A stretch of 64,000 bases of DNA, from NCBI GenBank assembly GCA_002633005.1, contig NMRA01000031.1, forward strand, positions 719,185 to 783,184, read 5' to 3'. Source of the stretch: Phoronis australis. Taxonomy: Eukaryota; Animalia; Phoronida. Below, in pieces: positions 23,269 to 36,379 of this stretch. The translations under genes were made by a program, and so were the position numbers. Within the stretch, counting starts at the first letter, position 1. The number at the start of each line of letters is the position of its first letter. The notes under the pieces are model-generated. The model made no database searches, had not been told where the DNA came from, and saw only the letters and a list, made by a program, of their open reading frames with translations.

Positions 23269-23504
23269 CATGGGCGCACCCACGGGGGCTCTAACGAGGC
23301 CCCCAATTTGGCGAATTGGACAAAAAAAGGTCAACCTCAGCGAAACAAAAAGTCCGAGTAAACTAGACAAAAGTCCACAGGAATTCTGCGCTAACGCACA
23401 ATTCGTAGGCCTGAACCTAGTGTCGTTGATTTTTGTCAATAAAAGGTCCGCATACTGAAAAATTCGAGCCCCCATTGTATTTTACTAAGCTGGGTGCGCC
23501 CATG
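23269..23504 (+). mobile_element. MITE family B copy 3
   Basis: TIR catgggcgcaccca / tgggtgcgcccatg (perfect 14 bp). TSD AGAAG (23264-23268, 23505-23509). Confidence 0.9.
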
Positions 23505-26454
23505 AGAAGTGCACTGTTTTGAGAAAACTTTTTTCGTTTGGTTACAAAACACAATGCGTAGATGTTTTCTTATTTTGTTTCACCGCTTTGCATTCCTAAC
23601 GGCTAACGAGGCCGGTGACGATTGCTGCCAAGTTACGAACTTTGCTGCTGCTAGCCGTAGTCAGTGATTGTCGGATACTTTGCATCAGTTTCACGATATG
23701 CCGATATAAAAAGTTTTCTTCTAATTTCTTACCAGATTGTGACATATTTCTGAACCTTGGCGTACTTTCGCTGTCAATCAGTGCACTTTGTGCTGGCTAC
23801 GGAAGATGCGAGATATTCGCAATTTCAAGTTTCAATTGCATTAAATGCTACACTCCATATGCAAAGAAACAGTTGAAAACCTGCGTAATAGACAATCAAA
23901 TGTGTAGCAAAAGAACCAAAATGGGATTTAAAAACATTCAATCAAAATAACAATAATTTTGCACTCACGGTGATATCAATACGTTTTCAAGGACAACATG
24001 GCCGCCATTCAGGGATCGTTCTTGCACGTACTGATATACAGGAAATTCTAGTCACGGGAATAGTCGATGATTTTCGGATTTTGGCACAGCTGAGGTACAA
24101 ATTTGTGTATCAGTCAAAAGGCGTGTAGTTTGATAACAGAAAATAGGAGAACATTATTCCACGTTACATATTACTTTCGTTATATACTTTCAAGTGTTTG
24201 AATTAGATTAAGTGTTTGAAATAAGCTCGTTAAGATGGACGACTTTACGATTTATACTGCCACGAGCTAAAATGAATTAAAAAAGACTGACAGTGCGGAA
24301 GCTGCTGCGTTTGTTTTCTAAGCTTAATAAAAAGCATCTTTACTAAATATTCTTGCTTTTTAAACGCATGCATTGCAGGGGGAATTCGACGGAGGACCGG
24401 GGAACCCAAAGCCAGGGATTATAGAGCCGCGGACATAGAGCTGGGGGACGTAGGGCGGCAGCTTTTTATCGCAACATTCACTGGCACGCACAAATGCGGG
24501 TACAAATGTACGTGGATTTCATGTGCGATTGTAGCAAGACAAGACAACATTGCGTCGTCCCTTTTCGTGGGAGGATTTTGCCATAGCCGGATTTTACCGC
24601 TGCGATTTTCAACAGCCTTTTTCGCTAGAATTTGTCTTGCGGTCCAACTTTTTTATATCACGGGTGGTTTTATGGTGGCGGCTGGAAAAAAGTGGTTAGA
24701 AAGCTCACGTGATATCCGGTATTTACTACCGCGGCCATGTTTGTGGCTATGTACATCAGGACATACTTCTTAATCTGCAACAGAGCGCCACGAGCCAAAA
24801 CTGGAACGAGACCCTTGTCTCCAAGTTAAACATCGCTTGCACTATGTTGTCCAAGTTTTGAAGACTGCAAGTAAAGCCGTACATAATATAGCCAGTTCAG
24901 ATTCTAATGAGTAAATAATAACGTGTAGTTTCGTCCGTGAAAGAGTCATTAATTTCATATGTAGAATGATCCTATGAGTACTCGAACGCATTTTTATAAC
25001 AAATAAGGCCATCTGTGCGCTCATCGCCATAATAATACGTAACCATCTCTGGTCGTGTCAATGACCACCTAAGACATTTCTAGGAAATAATCCCCATTAG
25101 TTGTTAGAGATTGTTTTGTCGTCTCATTGGTACTTCTGTGTGGAGTGCACAGAGCATGAAGCACGCTTGTGTGGTTTTTGAAAAACGCATTAACTACGCT
25201 AATTCCTTTTTTCCTAGCTTGTATGTTCGATTCTCTACAAAAGACTTATTTTAGCAACAGAACTCTGCTGAAGTCTTTCAGACTTAACTTAGTTTTTGGT
25301 TAAAAACAACAATTCACAATGTTTTTGTGGAATTTTAGTTAACCAAAAAATCTGTTAAAAGGGGAAAACCTCAAAGGAATGCGTTGTGGGAGCAAATCTT
25401 GACGAAGAGATCAATGTTTTGTAGAAACTTCCTATAAACGGTTCCCTGTAACCATGCTGTTGCTCAAATAGCTTATTAAGTATCGTAAATTCGGTGCCGC
25501 TTCTCCGTTGTGTTGTATTGCGGTATACAATTTTTGAGTGATATTTTAATGGATCTCGAAGAATATTTTTTCACAAATTATTTTGAAACTTTCAGACGTA
25601 TTAACCAGTAAAATAGTTTAATCTCGCCAAGGTAGGCATACTTTTAGGTTCTTTAAATCCATGCTTGGTGCCTAAAATAATACGCCGTGGAAAGCCAACA
25701 TGTAGATCCTGGGGGCTCTTTCTCGATGAGTCTGTTGTCTTTTGACTTTTGGCTAAAAATCAGTCGTCCAATGTCTTAGCCTGTTTCATGATATCAGGCA
25801 GAGGCTAAAAGTCAGAAAATCTGTAATCAATCCGTAGTTTGTGAACTAGACAGAAGAAAAATGTTTCGAGAAACTCAAAAGGCAAACAACCTTTTGATAT
25901 TCGCACTCAAATTTCTCTATTTTGGCTAAAGTCAAAAGAAAAAAGTCAATAGTCTCTTCGAAAAAGCAGACTTTAATAGCCAACTGTCTGTTCTTTCGAA
26001 GCAATGAAATCCTCTCCAATTTGACTAAGCAAGAGTTTGAAACCAGTATCATAACGTTAAGTGGTCTAATTTAAAAATTACTTTTTGTGATGGAAGTCGC
26101 TATAACATTAAGTTTCAAAGTAAATGAGGCATTTAATCGAAAGCACTAAATTGCAGTATTCTACCTCCTACTGAGCAGTCTGTACTGAACGACCTTGCAG
26201 GAAATATCAGTGAGATCACGAGGAATGATTTAACACTGACTAGTCTTCTTCAGTTTTTCAATTCAGTTCATGTTTGGTATTCTCAGTTACATTTGGTTAA
26301 AGCACCGTTTGGGTAGTTGATTAAATTGTGTGTCAATTCTTGGTCTGTATTCTTTGGTATGTCCCTACGAAAAATACATGTACTATGCGCAGTGACATGA
26401 AAACTCTATGCTTCGTGAAGTCCGCACAGATTTGTATTGGTGTGTAAAAATGAG

Positions 26455-26801
26455 AAATTATTATTAAAGACGAACAACAACAAAAAATCTTAACAAAAAC
26501 AACAGCTGTAATAACAATGATTATAATGATCATCATCATCATGATTATGACGGTGGTGGCTGTGGTACTGATAATGATGATAGTAATGATAACAAGGATA
26601 AATTATTATTATCGTCATCGTCGCCGTCGTCGTCGCCGTCATCCTCGTTGCTGTCGTTGTTCTTGTTGTTGTTATTGTTTTTATTGTTTTTATCAGTATT
26701 GCTATCATTATTATTACTATCATTACATTTATTATTATTATTATTATTATTGTATTATCATTATAGCTATCATTATCATTATATCATAATAATAATTATT
26801 C

Positions 26802-26835
<34 letters not shown>

Positions 26836-26920
26836 CGTCGTCGTCGTCGTCATCATTATCATTATCATTATTGATATTATTATTATCATCATCATCATCA
26901 TCATTATTGTTATTATAGTA
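26455..26920 (+). repeat. Compound trinucleotide low-complexity tract (ATT/ATC/GTT/GTC/AAT)
   Basis: Runs such as (gtt)n(gtc)n(atc)n(att)n. Explains the poly-I/V/Y ORFs in the track. Confidence 0.95.
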
Positions 26921-28670
26921 AAAACCATAATCCTGTAGTTCCAGTCTTTATATATCTTTAAACTAAGCCCTTACATATAATAACTCCTTTAAAGCCTGCT
27001 CTGGTCATTTCAAACACGTTCGTGCTTTAGGAAGCCCTCTGATTTAGCGTCTCTTGAAAACAATGGTCACCATAAGACGGAATATTAGAAAGATGTCACC
27101 GGGAGGTAGCGTTTAACTCCCACAGACCGGGTCGTTGACCGTATTCGTTCGCGTAGTTCATTTAATTGGGTTCCTTGTTGTTGTTTTAGCGCGTTCTTGT
27201 TCAACTACTTGTCTTAATCTAATCTGTTTCTTATGACACAAAAGCATCTTGTAATGCATTGACTTCTCGGTCAAGTGATACAATTTTAAACACCATCGCT
27301 TCCCGGCCAGTCAATATGTACGGCTGGTAGACCTACTTTACATTGCCATGTAAGTGTACTTAGGTTGCATGACATGTCAAACATGGTCGGCCATCTTACA
27401 AGTGCTTGCTTATTCATGCAATTACTCAACTTCAGTTTATTCAATGGAAACTTTGAAAGCGATTTCAGTAAATAAAACCTAACTGTGGGGTTAGTTTGTG
27501 AATATGTGGTTTTCTTACTTTGGATTCTCACAACTTTGCATAATGGGTTGCAACAGGTCTCGTGGACTAATAAACCTATGTGCTTCGACTTAGTTCTGTA
27601 CACATATTAATAAATAACTGAATGTGTGAAATCCCTCATTGCAGACTCTACACTGAGATGTCCTCATATAAAAATAAAGTAATGCAATACAAAACTATCA
27701 GTAATAAAAAATCTAGGTCAGCTAATATACCAACCAGACACTACGTCTACGGTGAAGACCAAAAAAGTTCGAACGGCAGTGCGATAAAACAGGTCAGAAT
27801 TATCAATTGTTACAATCAATAAGACGATCGACAGGATGACACAGGCGGGAGCTGAAGCTAGCTTACGTACGGTGATTTTGAAACATTGAACATTACGTAG
27901 ATTTAAAATTCCGCTCGGCTCTATAATACTTGGAGTAACCCAAGAGGCTTATTAGGTTTGTTAAATGTAAAACTATTAAAAGGAACCCAATCGCTTTGAA
28001 TGTTACGTTTAGTAAAAAGGCATATCTCTGGTTATATTGGAGATACACTTTTAGGTGCCAATTGCTGTTCCTCTGGTGTGTATCCAGTAGCCATAGAAGA
28101 ACAGAATGTGACGTGGACGTCCAAACAGGAGGTTTTCATTTTGTTTCTATAGTCACTGTGTTCTATTCGCTATTAATCATAGTCCGTGTCGGTCATTCGT
28201 GTTTGGTCATTGGACGGGAATGTAGAACCAAGACACAGGCATATGCTGGGCCGTTTACGTCACTTCCCATTGTTCTACGGATTGTAAATACACGCTGCGG
28301 AAACAGTAACTAACGTGAAAAAATCTTTCAATTACTAAAGGTGACATCAAAATGGTTACTTCCACTTTAAAGTTCCACCATAAGTGAGTGGTGCATATAG
28401 GACAACAAACGAGAATTAACTAGCACTAAGAAGTCTGGCAAGCACACTGTCGTTCAAAGCCCGGCAAGCACAAATATTTTTTAATCGGTACCATGACAAT
28501 TTCAGTTCAGTTTGTTGGGGAGAGTGACAAGGCAGTCATAGATGCAATAGAAAATGACGATTTCAAAAAGAGAGAGGATAGAGACATTAGACTTATGGTG
28601 GCTCTTGATGTTTTGCGAGTTTTAATAAGTCTACCTAATCCTAAGTCTCAACTTTTAATTACATGTACAA

Positions 28671-28833
28671 GTATTGAGTAACATACAATATATTACAAAA
28701 CTGGTTATAGTATTACAATATCGTATTGAGTAATATACAGTATATTACAAAATTGATGGATACAGTATTACATTATCGTATTGAGTAATATACAGTATAT
28801 TACAACATTGGTTACAGTATTACAACATAGTAT
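28671..28833 (+). repeat. Minisatellite, 3 x 52-55 bp
   Basis: Units starting gtattgagtaa(c/t)atac at 28671, 28723 and 28778. Confidence 0.9.
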
Positions 28834-29077
28834 TATTAAAGTATGTTACGAATCAAAAGAAAACAAGAAAAACTTAAACGGAACAAAACCAAAACAACTT
28901 CCCTGATCACACTTGTTAACGCAAGAGGGAGCCTACTGTCTTTCGTTTGGTACTACCGACATTATCAGACTAATCGTTTAAATCAGGTTAAATAATGACT
29001 GATATCTAATAGAAGAAAGCGATAAACAATAATTAGTTAAACAAAAGTTAGAATATCGAGTAGGTTTGCTCTTGTAG

Positions 29078-29337
29078 AACCGTGTGTTCAGTCATTTTTA
29101 CCCCCGGGAGTCCAGCTAACGAATTACAGTCGGGACTTCCCCATTTTCAACAATGATTCCATTAACCAAGTGGTCAAGATTAAAGTGTCTAAAGTCAGGG
29201 AGGTCGAAGAGTATATAATTGAAACTTTGCTGGAAGTATTTTTTGCAGCTGAACTGCCTATGGCACCATCTATATTTAGGAAGAGGGAGAGAGTGACACA
29301 CAAATCTAATTTCCTTTCAGAATTGCTGGAGTCATAG
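29078..29337 (+). pseudogene. Candidate coding exon of an unidentified, probably decaying gene
   Basis: Acceptor ttgctcttgtag followed by an open frame of 86 codons including the stop: PCVQSFLPPGVQLTNYSRDFPIFNNDSINQVVKIKVSKVREVEEYIIETLLEVFFAAELPMAPSIFRKRERVTHKSNFLSELLES*. Coding-like text continues past the stop. Confidence 0.35.
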
Positions 29338-30033
29338 ACTCTCTATGAAAAGCTTTCCCATGTCTCGCAACAAAGCGTATTGTATTTGAATGGGCATTAT
29401 AACGGCGCAAGAGAATGCGCAGGCGCAAGAGAATGCGCACAGGCCCAGAGGTCTGTCATGAAAAGCGACTTAAGACTTACGACTGTGATTTGGTTTTAGG
29501 CTACGCACAATTATTTCTGGTAAATAATTAAATCTCCCATGAGAAAACGTGCAGTCTGTGACAATTAACTCATAGCTGCCAGTTACTGACACAATTTCTA
29601 CAAATTATTTCTAGACTGTGAAGAGTCCATAATATTCCCGATCTTTGGGAACAGTGGCAGCTCACAGTTTTTACAAATCACGCTCAGGTTTATGTAGGTC
29701 AGCAACGTTGAACGCAGCGCGAGCCAATGTTTCCCAGCACAAATCAGACAATCCGACGAGTGATTTCAATTATGTAGAATATTATTTGTATCATTGTGGC
29801 TCAATAGGAGGCATCGTTTCAAGAAACACCTGGCAAAGTAACTATACTTATCTGTGATTTGGTGAAAGCGAAAAATTACCAGTCGTTGAGGGGTTCAATT
29901 TCAAAGGTCTAACGCATTACGATGAGTTATTTGAAATACAAGTCTCTAAAGTATTGTGTATGTTTAGGGACATAACAAGAAACATGTGATCCTCATACGA
30001 AAGGTCATGACAAGTGGAAATATATCCAATAAC

Positions 30034-30076
30034 AGAGAGAGAGAGGGAGAGAGGGAGAGAGAGAGAGAGAGAGAGA
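30034..30076 (+). repeat. (GA)n microsatellite
   Basis: Seen directly. Confidence 0.95.
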
Positions 30077-30241
30077 TTAAAAATTTTTGACTATGAATGA
30101 TATGGTCAAGCCAAGACACTATACCCACGCTAGGAAGAACTAATACATGCGTAACCGTTTAGAAGGGCGTACCCAAAATATCATTTTAATACTTGGACTT
30201 ATAAACACTGATTGTCAAACACCAGCATTGAAATCACTTAG

Positions 30242-30328
30242 GAAAGCAAAACAGTGAGTCCTCAAGAACAGGCAGTAACAGACCAAGTTTTGCAATATAT
30301 CTCACCTCACTTCCTGTATATTGACGTG
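30242..30328 (+). CDS. Candidate 87-nt phase-0 exon (ESKTVSPQEQAVTDQVLQYISPHFLYIDV)
   Basis: cacttag acceptor (weak pyrimidine tract), strong GTG|gtaagt donor, open frame. Confidence 0.3.
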
Positions 30329-31543
30329 GTAAGTAAACGTTGGGCAAAACTAGCACAAAGCAAGTTTCAGTGCAAATATACCAATCCAGATCATGCTACA
30401 TGATGCTGATCAGGTGGTACACTTGTTTTTTCACAGCGTGACCAGGCCCTGATGTTGGTGACCGTTTAAGATCAATCCAGGAAGCCAGTAGTTGAGACAA
30501 CAAAACCGTGGTAATCCTAATGACTGGTGTCGCTTTGTCAGTCAACTTAAGATTGTTAGATACAAACGATGTTATTTTGGCAAACAAACGTTGGAAACCA
30601 AGCATTTAGGAAAACTGTTATGGAAACATGCCACTTCGAAGATGATTCTGAAGAGACATTTGAAAACTTGTCTCAGATCGGATTTTCTTCGTCATTGTGA
30701 AAGGGATAACTTAAGTCGGACCGTCATTCGAAGTAGTAGCAGTTGAATGTTTCTCATGCTAACAGCTCACAAGGGCATTTTCAGGCCACACGAAAATGGA
30801 TGGGACCGACGCTCACGTGCTTTTTGGAACAAATTAAAGAGCGACTTTGGTGAACTAATATGGTTGATCTCCTCATCACCACTACTACGTTTGGCCTGAA
30901 CATTTTGTCACTCATAGAAATCGCGAGTCGCGTCAGCATAGGAAGTCTTTGGGTCTGCAACAGCGAAGGCGGGAAGGTGTGTCACGGAAAGTACGCATTT
31001 GGACCATGACACACATGTACAACGCCTCAGCGACACGCCAGTAACATTCCGGAGTCATATTTTTGTGAAACAAACTTAGTATTCCAATGACAGATTGTAA
31101 TAAAATGATAGTTTGAGGTGTTCAGTTCAAACATTTCTCACAGTCCTTGCAATTAGTTTAGAGTTCATTGACTTCTCGTGAACAGAACAGAAGTTAACAT
31201 GTTAATTTAATAAGCATTTCCGTAGGTAATTGGTATATCCAAAATATGCCAACTTTTTATTGGTTTCACTCAAGAAATGTTCGTTTCGCTTATGCTGAAT
31301 TTAAGTGTGCGATGCGATATGCATGGTTCATAACGCAATGTTCAAAGCTACTTTATCCGTTTTATGCAATAATTTCATAAATGAATTTTGAAAAAAAAAA
31401 CATGAATTACATAGTCTGCGAGAATAGATGACTGACTTTTTATGGTTGTTTGTACATTGAGCTGTGTGTTCAATCGAAGAATAACGACTTGTTTACTGAA
31501 AGGTTGTTGACAACAGTTTGTTTACAACTCACCTCAGAGGCGG

Positions 31544-31618
31544 ACATACATATATACATACATACATGCATACATTCATATATACATACATACACACATA
31601 CATACATACATGCATACA

Positions 31619-31647
<29 letters not shown>
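31544..31647 (+). repeat. (TACA)n tetranucleotide microsatellite
   Basis: Seen directly. Confidence 0.95.
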
Positions 31648-31649
<2 letters not shown>

Positions 31650-32258
31650 TTAAGACATTGGTAGATCGGAATTTGAAAGTCAAGCTAGGATTTTCTTCGA
31701 TTTACTAAAGAAATAGGGACGGAAAACCATGTCATGCAGGATTCTTCAAAGGGAGAACGTTAAATACAGGGAGATCGTTGACTAAGGAACTGCTCTTCTG
31801 TATTAGTTGGTAGTACATTATTGCCTACACGTGTTGCGTCACGAGGGATTGTGACCAGTCCACGAGTCGGTGGGCATAATTATCCACCCACCAAGAGAGA
31901 GAGGAGCAAAGGGAGAGGGACGGGGGAGGTGGGAAGAAGGGAGGGAGGGAGCGAGAGAGAGAGAGAGTATACCGAATTGTGTTGCGTCACGAAAGACCGA
32001 CAAGTATTGTGGTAGTAGGCCGAGACTTGTTTCCAAATAGTGCTCTTTCAGTATCAAACATATCACTATTTCCAGCATGAACAGAATGGGTGTCTCGGTT
32101 CTGTTCCAAAATTTTTAAAACAAAAGAGAGGAGTTCTTGAACTTCCGTTACGATCGTGTAGAATTTTCTCGTGCAATTTCGAAGAGGAAAAGCTGCCCCT
32201 CGTTTTGGTTTTTAAAAATCTGTTTCGACGACTGTAAAATTGCAAAGCATATTCGTGG

Positions 32259-32282
32259 TTACGTCATACAACGCTGACGTCA
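32259..32282. promoter_or_regulatory. Paired CRE/ATF sites upstream of the secreted-protein exon
   Basis: TTACGTCA (32259-32266) and perfect TGACGTCA (32275-32282), ~320 bp before the ATG at 32595. Confidence 0.4.
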
Positions 32283-32594
32283 CAAAGAACAAACGATAGT
32301 GTGAAATCGTTGAAGATTAACGTTCCTGCATCGAAGTCAAAGATCGCATTAGGAGAGTTTTCAAGTTCGTCACTATTGAAAAAAGGTTTGTAATTTTATT
32401 ATCTATAACAGTTATTTTTCAAAAATATTGATTTATGTTTGCTTCAAAACGTTTATAGACACAGTTCATTCTACGAAGTGATGGAATTTGGCAATGATAA
32501 GAGAGTAAACGACAAACGAGCATTCCAAAAGTCTCTAACGAAATTAATGTTTGATCCTTCATACTTCCAGTCAAATACACGTCTCGACAACGCC

Positions 32595-32727
32595 ATGACT
32601 GCCTTGTTTCTTCTTCTCATTTCCATCCTCGGAGGAAGTCTCTTGGCTGAAGCGCGCCCTTTGGTCAGACGAGACACAGCTGAAGAGTCGACAGAGCGAC
32701 TGCAGCCTCAGGTTTTCAAGAAAACCG
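32595..32727 (+). CDS. First coding exon of a secreted prepro-protein (signal peptide + dibasic site); gene incomplete
   Basis: Acceptor ccttcatacttccag| at 32570, Kozak-like cgccATG, MTALFLLLISILGGSLLAEA|RPLVRR|DTAEESTERLQPQVFKKT, donor G|gtaagg at 32728 (phase 1). Hydrophobic core plus A-E-A signal peptidase site. Confidence 0.75.
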
Positions 32728-33087
32728 GTAAGGCCAAAAAGCAGACACTGCAGTTGGTTCTGGTCTGTACTGTACCCCCGAATCGTTTTGAGACCTTTGC
32801 TCACCGACTCAAAAATCCCCACCTGGCTGCATCAATTTCAGCCAAGGTCTGTTATTGTTCTTGAAAAGCTGCGCAAAATATGTAAGCAAAGTTTGAAACA
32901 CCGTGATTTGCATCATTTTTGCTTGCCACGAGTGGATTTTCCTTTTTGAAAAAGTGACTAAATAAACAAAATACCTCACAACCGACTCGATTTTCAAAAA
33001 AAGATACCAGAACCTACGTTGCTCTTTAGATTAAAAGCAAATTCAAAGTTTGCTCAATTGTCCTCTTTGATTGTTTTGTTAGTTTGT

Positions 33088-33238
33088 GCTGCGCTGAATT
33101 TTAATGCAGTTGATTGACTTCGCCGGTTCCACTGGGTTATCCGGCTAAGACGTCTGATTGGTCTGTAAGGCAGAAGTCGTCACCGAGAACCAATGACGTG
33201 TCTTGGCCGGTTGAACCGGCGAAATCAATCAAGCGCAG
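33088..33238. repeat. Foldback palindromic element in the intron
   Basis: ttgattgacttcgccggttc / gaaccggcgaaatcaatcaa, with inner ccggctaagacgtc..attggt / accaatgacgtgtcttggccgg. Confidence 0.75.
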
Positions 33239-34610
33239 CCGATAATTCACCACATGACACGATGGGATATACTGGATTAAAAGACAACAAGGTATCCCTT
33301 AAGAAAACAATCTCCACTGAGGCTAACATGAGACATAATATAACTCAAAAATAAATTTAAAAACATTGATATCACTCAATCTGAAGTAATGATATTCATT
33401 TGTATATAAATATGACTGCGCACTTGTGATTAATTCCAAACGCAATGGAAATTTCCAATGGTTCCTTATCATTGATGAAATCTAAGTTTTCAAAAAGACC
33501 ATTTTATAATAATTCTTGGCAGAGATAACTACAGTTGGCGTTGGGGAAGTGAGTTTCGTATTTGTGATTGGTGGCCCGAACTTGAGCTCAGCTTTAAGTC
33601 CTGGATATACATGTAGTTAACCAGCCACGGGGGCATATTAATACTTGAGGCTGGCGTGCCATAAGTCTATACAACCAGGAGGTTGGGCGCCTAGATGGGC
33701 CGGCACGTTCCAAGACAAAGAATAGTAGTATGCATGTATAGTTCCCCATTGCACATATCAAGGAACACCGCGGCTACAGGCAACCCCTCTTTTTTCAGGC
33801 GGCAAGATCTCCATGTTTCTTCCCATAGTCGGCGGTACTGCAGCATGTGTTACTTGGATCATTGTCGCCTTCTTTCTCGCTGACTGGAGCTGCCGTCGTG
33901 CGCCCGGCGTCAACAAAGGAATGCTATATCTAAGCAACGGAGAATATTCATACCACATAGTGTGAAGTGTGGCATCAGTTGCATTGTGAAGCAACGGACT
34001 TGATGAGGACTCAGTTTACATAAATTTACATACTTATAAATTTTCATTTCGTAAAGAAATTGGGAGAATATTTCGTTATTTTCTACAATTTCTTTATCTT
34101 TGTCCCTTAAGGGTAGCCAGCCAGGCGCATTGTACTGTTAAACACTGTATCCCGTTAAATGCTTGGCAGTTGTTTTAGGATGTTGTGAACAAAACCATCT
34201 GTTTATTATTTCGGAAGTCGAGCACATAATGATTCAAAACTTCATCGTCACAGTTCTGTAAATGTTAATGGCTCAATTTCATTTGATCATTTTCAAATCC
34301 GACACCGGACTGATGTCACTAGTCGAACCCACTTCTTCCCCGTCAGCCATATACCTTCCCATAGCAGGTCCATCAACAAATGCGTCCTCTGCTTTCCATA
34401 AGGTCATGACCCGGTGGGATGAGTTCAGCTAGTGCCATCTTTCACGTCGAATTCCAATCTCCATTTGATTTGCAATATATTGCAATGCATTTTTTTCGTG
34501 CACTGATTTCTTCTCAACGCTTACAAATTTACTGCCTCGTGTTCCTTTATGTTCCAGTATTTTCTCTGTTGTTGACAAGAGGTTGTTTCTTTAGTTTTAG
34601 TTACTGTACA

Positions 34611-34715
34611 TTCCGGTTGCATAACAGTGGCGTCACATCACCACGTGTCATATTGAACAATGCATCTGACATCACGCAGAATTACAAAGTTATCCAGGTT
34701 TTATGCAACCGGGTC
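34611..34715 (-). mobile_element. Harbinger-like MITE family D (short copy)
   Basis: TIR ccggttgcataa / ttatgcaaccgg. Interior is the inverse of 62889-63041. Confidence 0.75.
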
Positions 34716-36379
34716 CAGTTGTGTACATTGTACTTTAATGGAACTTCATCCAAGATCAGGTTTTGTACAGTTTTAAATTTTCTATTTCATTGTTTTGAAT
34801 AAAGTCTCCCTTTAAAAACCCACTTTATTTTTTTCATTTAATGCATACTATTAGGCGATTGCCAGCACATAATCTAAGTCCTGAGAAATCATGGGACAAA
34901 ATACAAATAAGTGCGGCGTGGTTTTTACAAATAAAATGTAAGTCGTAAAAGTGATCGTATTTTCCACTGCCTGTCGTTGCAAAAAAAAACGCTCGGCATG
35001 TATATTATACCGTAGTCAACTAAACTGTGCATCAATCCGTTTTTGCACTACAAACAACAATTAAAATGTTGACATAGGATAAATGGCTTGATCCAGCAAA
35101 TTTATGTCCGTAAGGTAACACTTCGTTTGTACTCCATCTTGGGAGTTACTGAAAACAACGCAAAAATGGGTGATTAGGCGAGATCTAGGCCAAATTAACA
35201 CGAGAAAACAAATAACTATTGCTTTTGCGAACGATATCTTATTTACAACAATGTACAACTATATACAAAGAAGTTTCGTTAATTTGCTCAGAACATCATC
35301 GGTGCAAAACCACAAACCTAATCTGACGCACCCGAGTTCCATCACGAACTAATAACACATACTATTATTGTTGTACGTTATTCTTAGAAGTATTGTGAAT
35401 AAATACTTTTGAATTTCGGTTATGTTACTGAAATATCAAATGTTAGAGAAGTGGGCGATTTGCCAGCCAAGTCCGAGTGTTGATGACTTGGCTTTAGTTG
35501 CAAGAGATGTCTCCCAAGAACAGACAGTCACCGGCATTACGAAACATGTCATTAGCTGGGCGCTCTAGGGACCTAATTTGAGGGGAGAGAACTACTTTAC
35601 GCTCAGCTCATATTTGTATGGCTCAAACTGATATGAGATAATACACGATAGCGTTGACTTACGCAGTAAATGCTCTCTCATAAAATCGCCAAAACAACGC
35701 GTGTGCAGGGCTTGGACGGGTCATTGGCTTAGTTTCTTTTAGCGATCACACTGAGCCTAAGCTAATCCACACTTATGTTGGCTTACTTAGTAAATGGTCC
35801 CAGCTTGTTCCCACGTCATGTTTCAGCTTTCAGGCCTACTGGTACAAAATTAAAGTTTTAAAACTGCCATTTATATATTTTTCAATCAAAAAGCTTCATC
35901 AAAATTGGTTTTAGCATGGTTATGGCATATCCTTGTTAATTTTGTTTATAGAGGCACTCGTGGCTCGTACAAACTGTCGGTGATCTAATATTTAATTAAC
36001 CAATTTCTTTATTAAATTAATTTAATTATTACTAGGACTTCAAGTTAATTAACATATGTCAGAGATTAGCAGACGTTTTAAGGTACATGCTTGGGCACTT
36101 CAAACATTTGAATTCCGGTTCCAGCGCTTTCAGTTTCTCTTTTCATACTGAATAATTCAGGAACACGTTTGTCTGTCTGACAGCTTGTCTGCGCGTATGT
36201 GTGCATGTATGTACGTCTGCATGTACGTTTTTTCTATCCCCTGTCTTAACCTCGGTGACATAAAGCTTCCGTCGCCGATCTCAATGAGCTTGCCGTAAAA
36301 AATGGTCATATCGGACGACAGTCAGGCGATTATCGGGAAGTTCTCGGGGGCACCGGCCGGACGTCGATCCGATGAAAAA

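Noticed and set aside
26333-26938. Hydrophobic or poly-amino-acid ORFs (also 51229-51502, 31450-31653, 62489-62752)
   Set aside because: Products of simple-sequence tracts that lack stop codons.
32679-32704. CTGAAGA-GTCG..CGAC hammerhead-like start (also 30648, 20252, 57585)
   Set aside because: Lacks the GAAA box or pairing stems. The 32679 case lies in the coding exon.
32439-32864. 141-aa ORF as a complete gene
   Set aside because: The TTG start is upstream of the splice acceptor and the tail reads through the GTAAG donor. Only 32595-32727 is supported.
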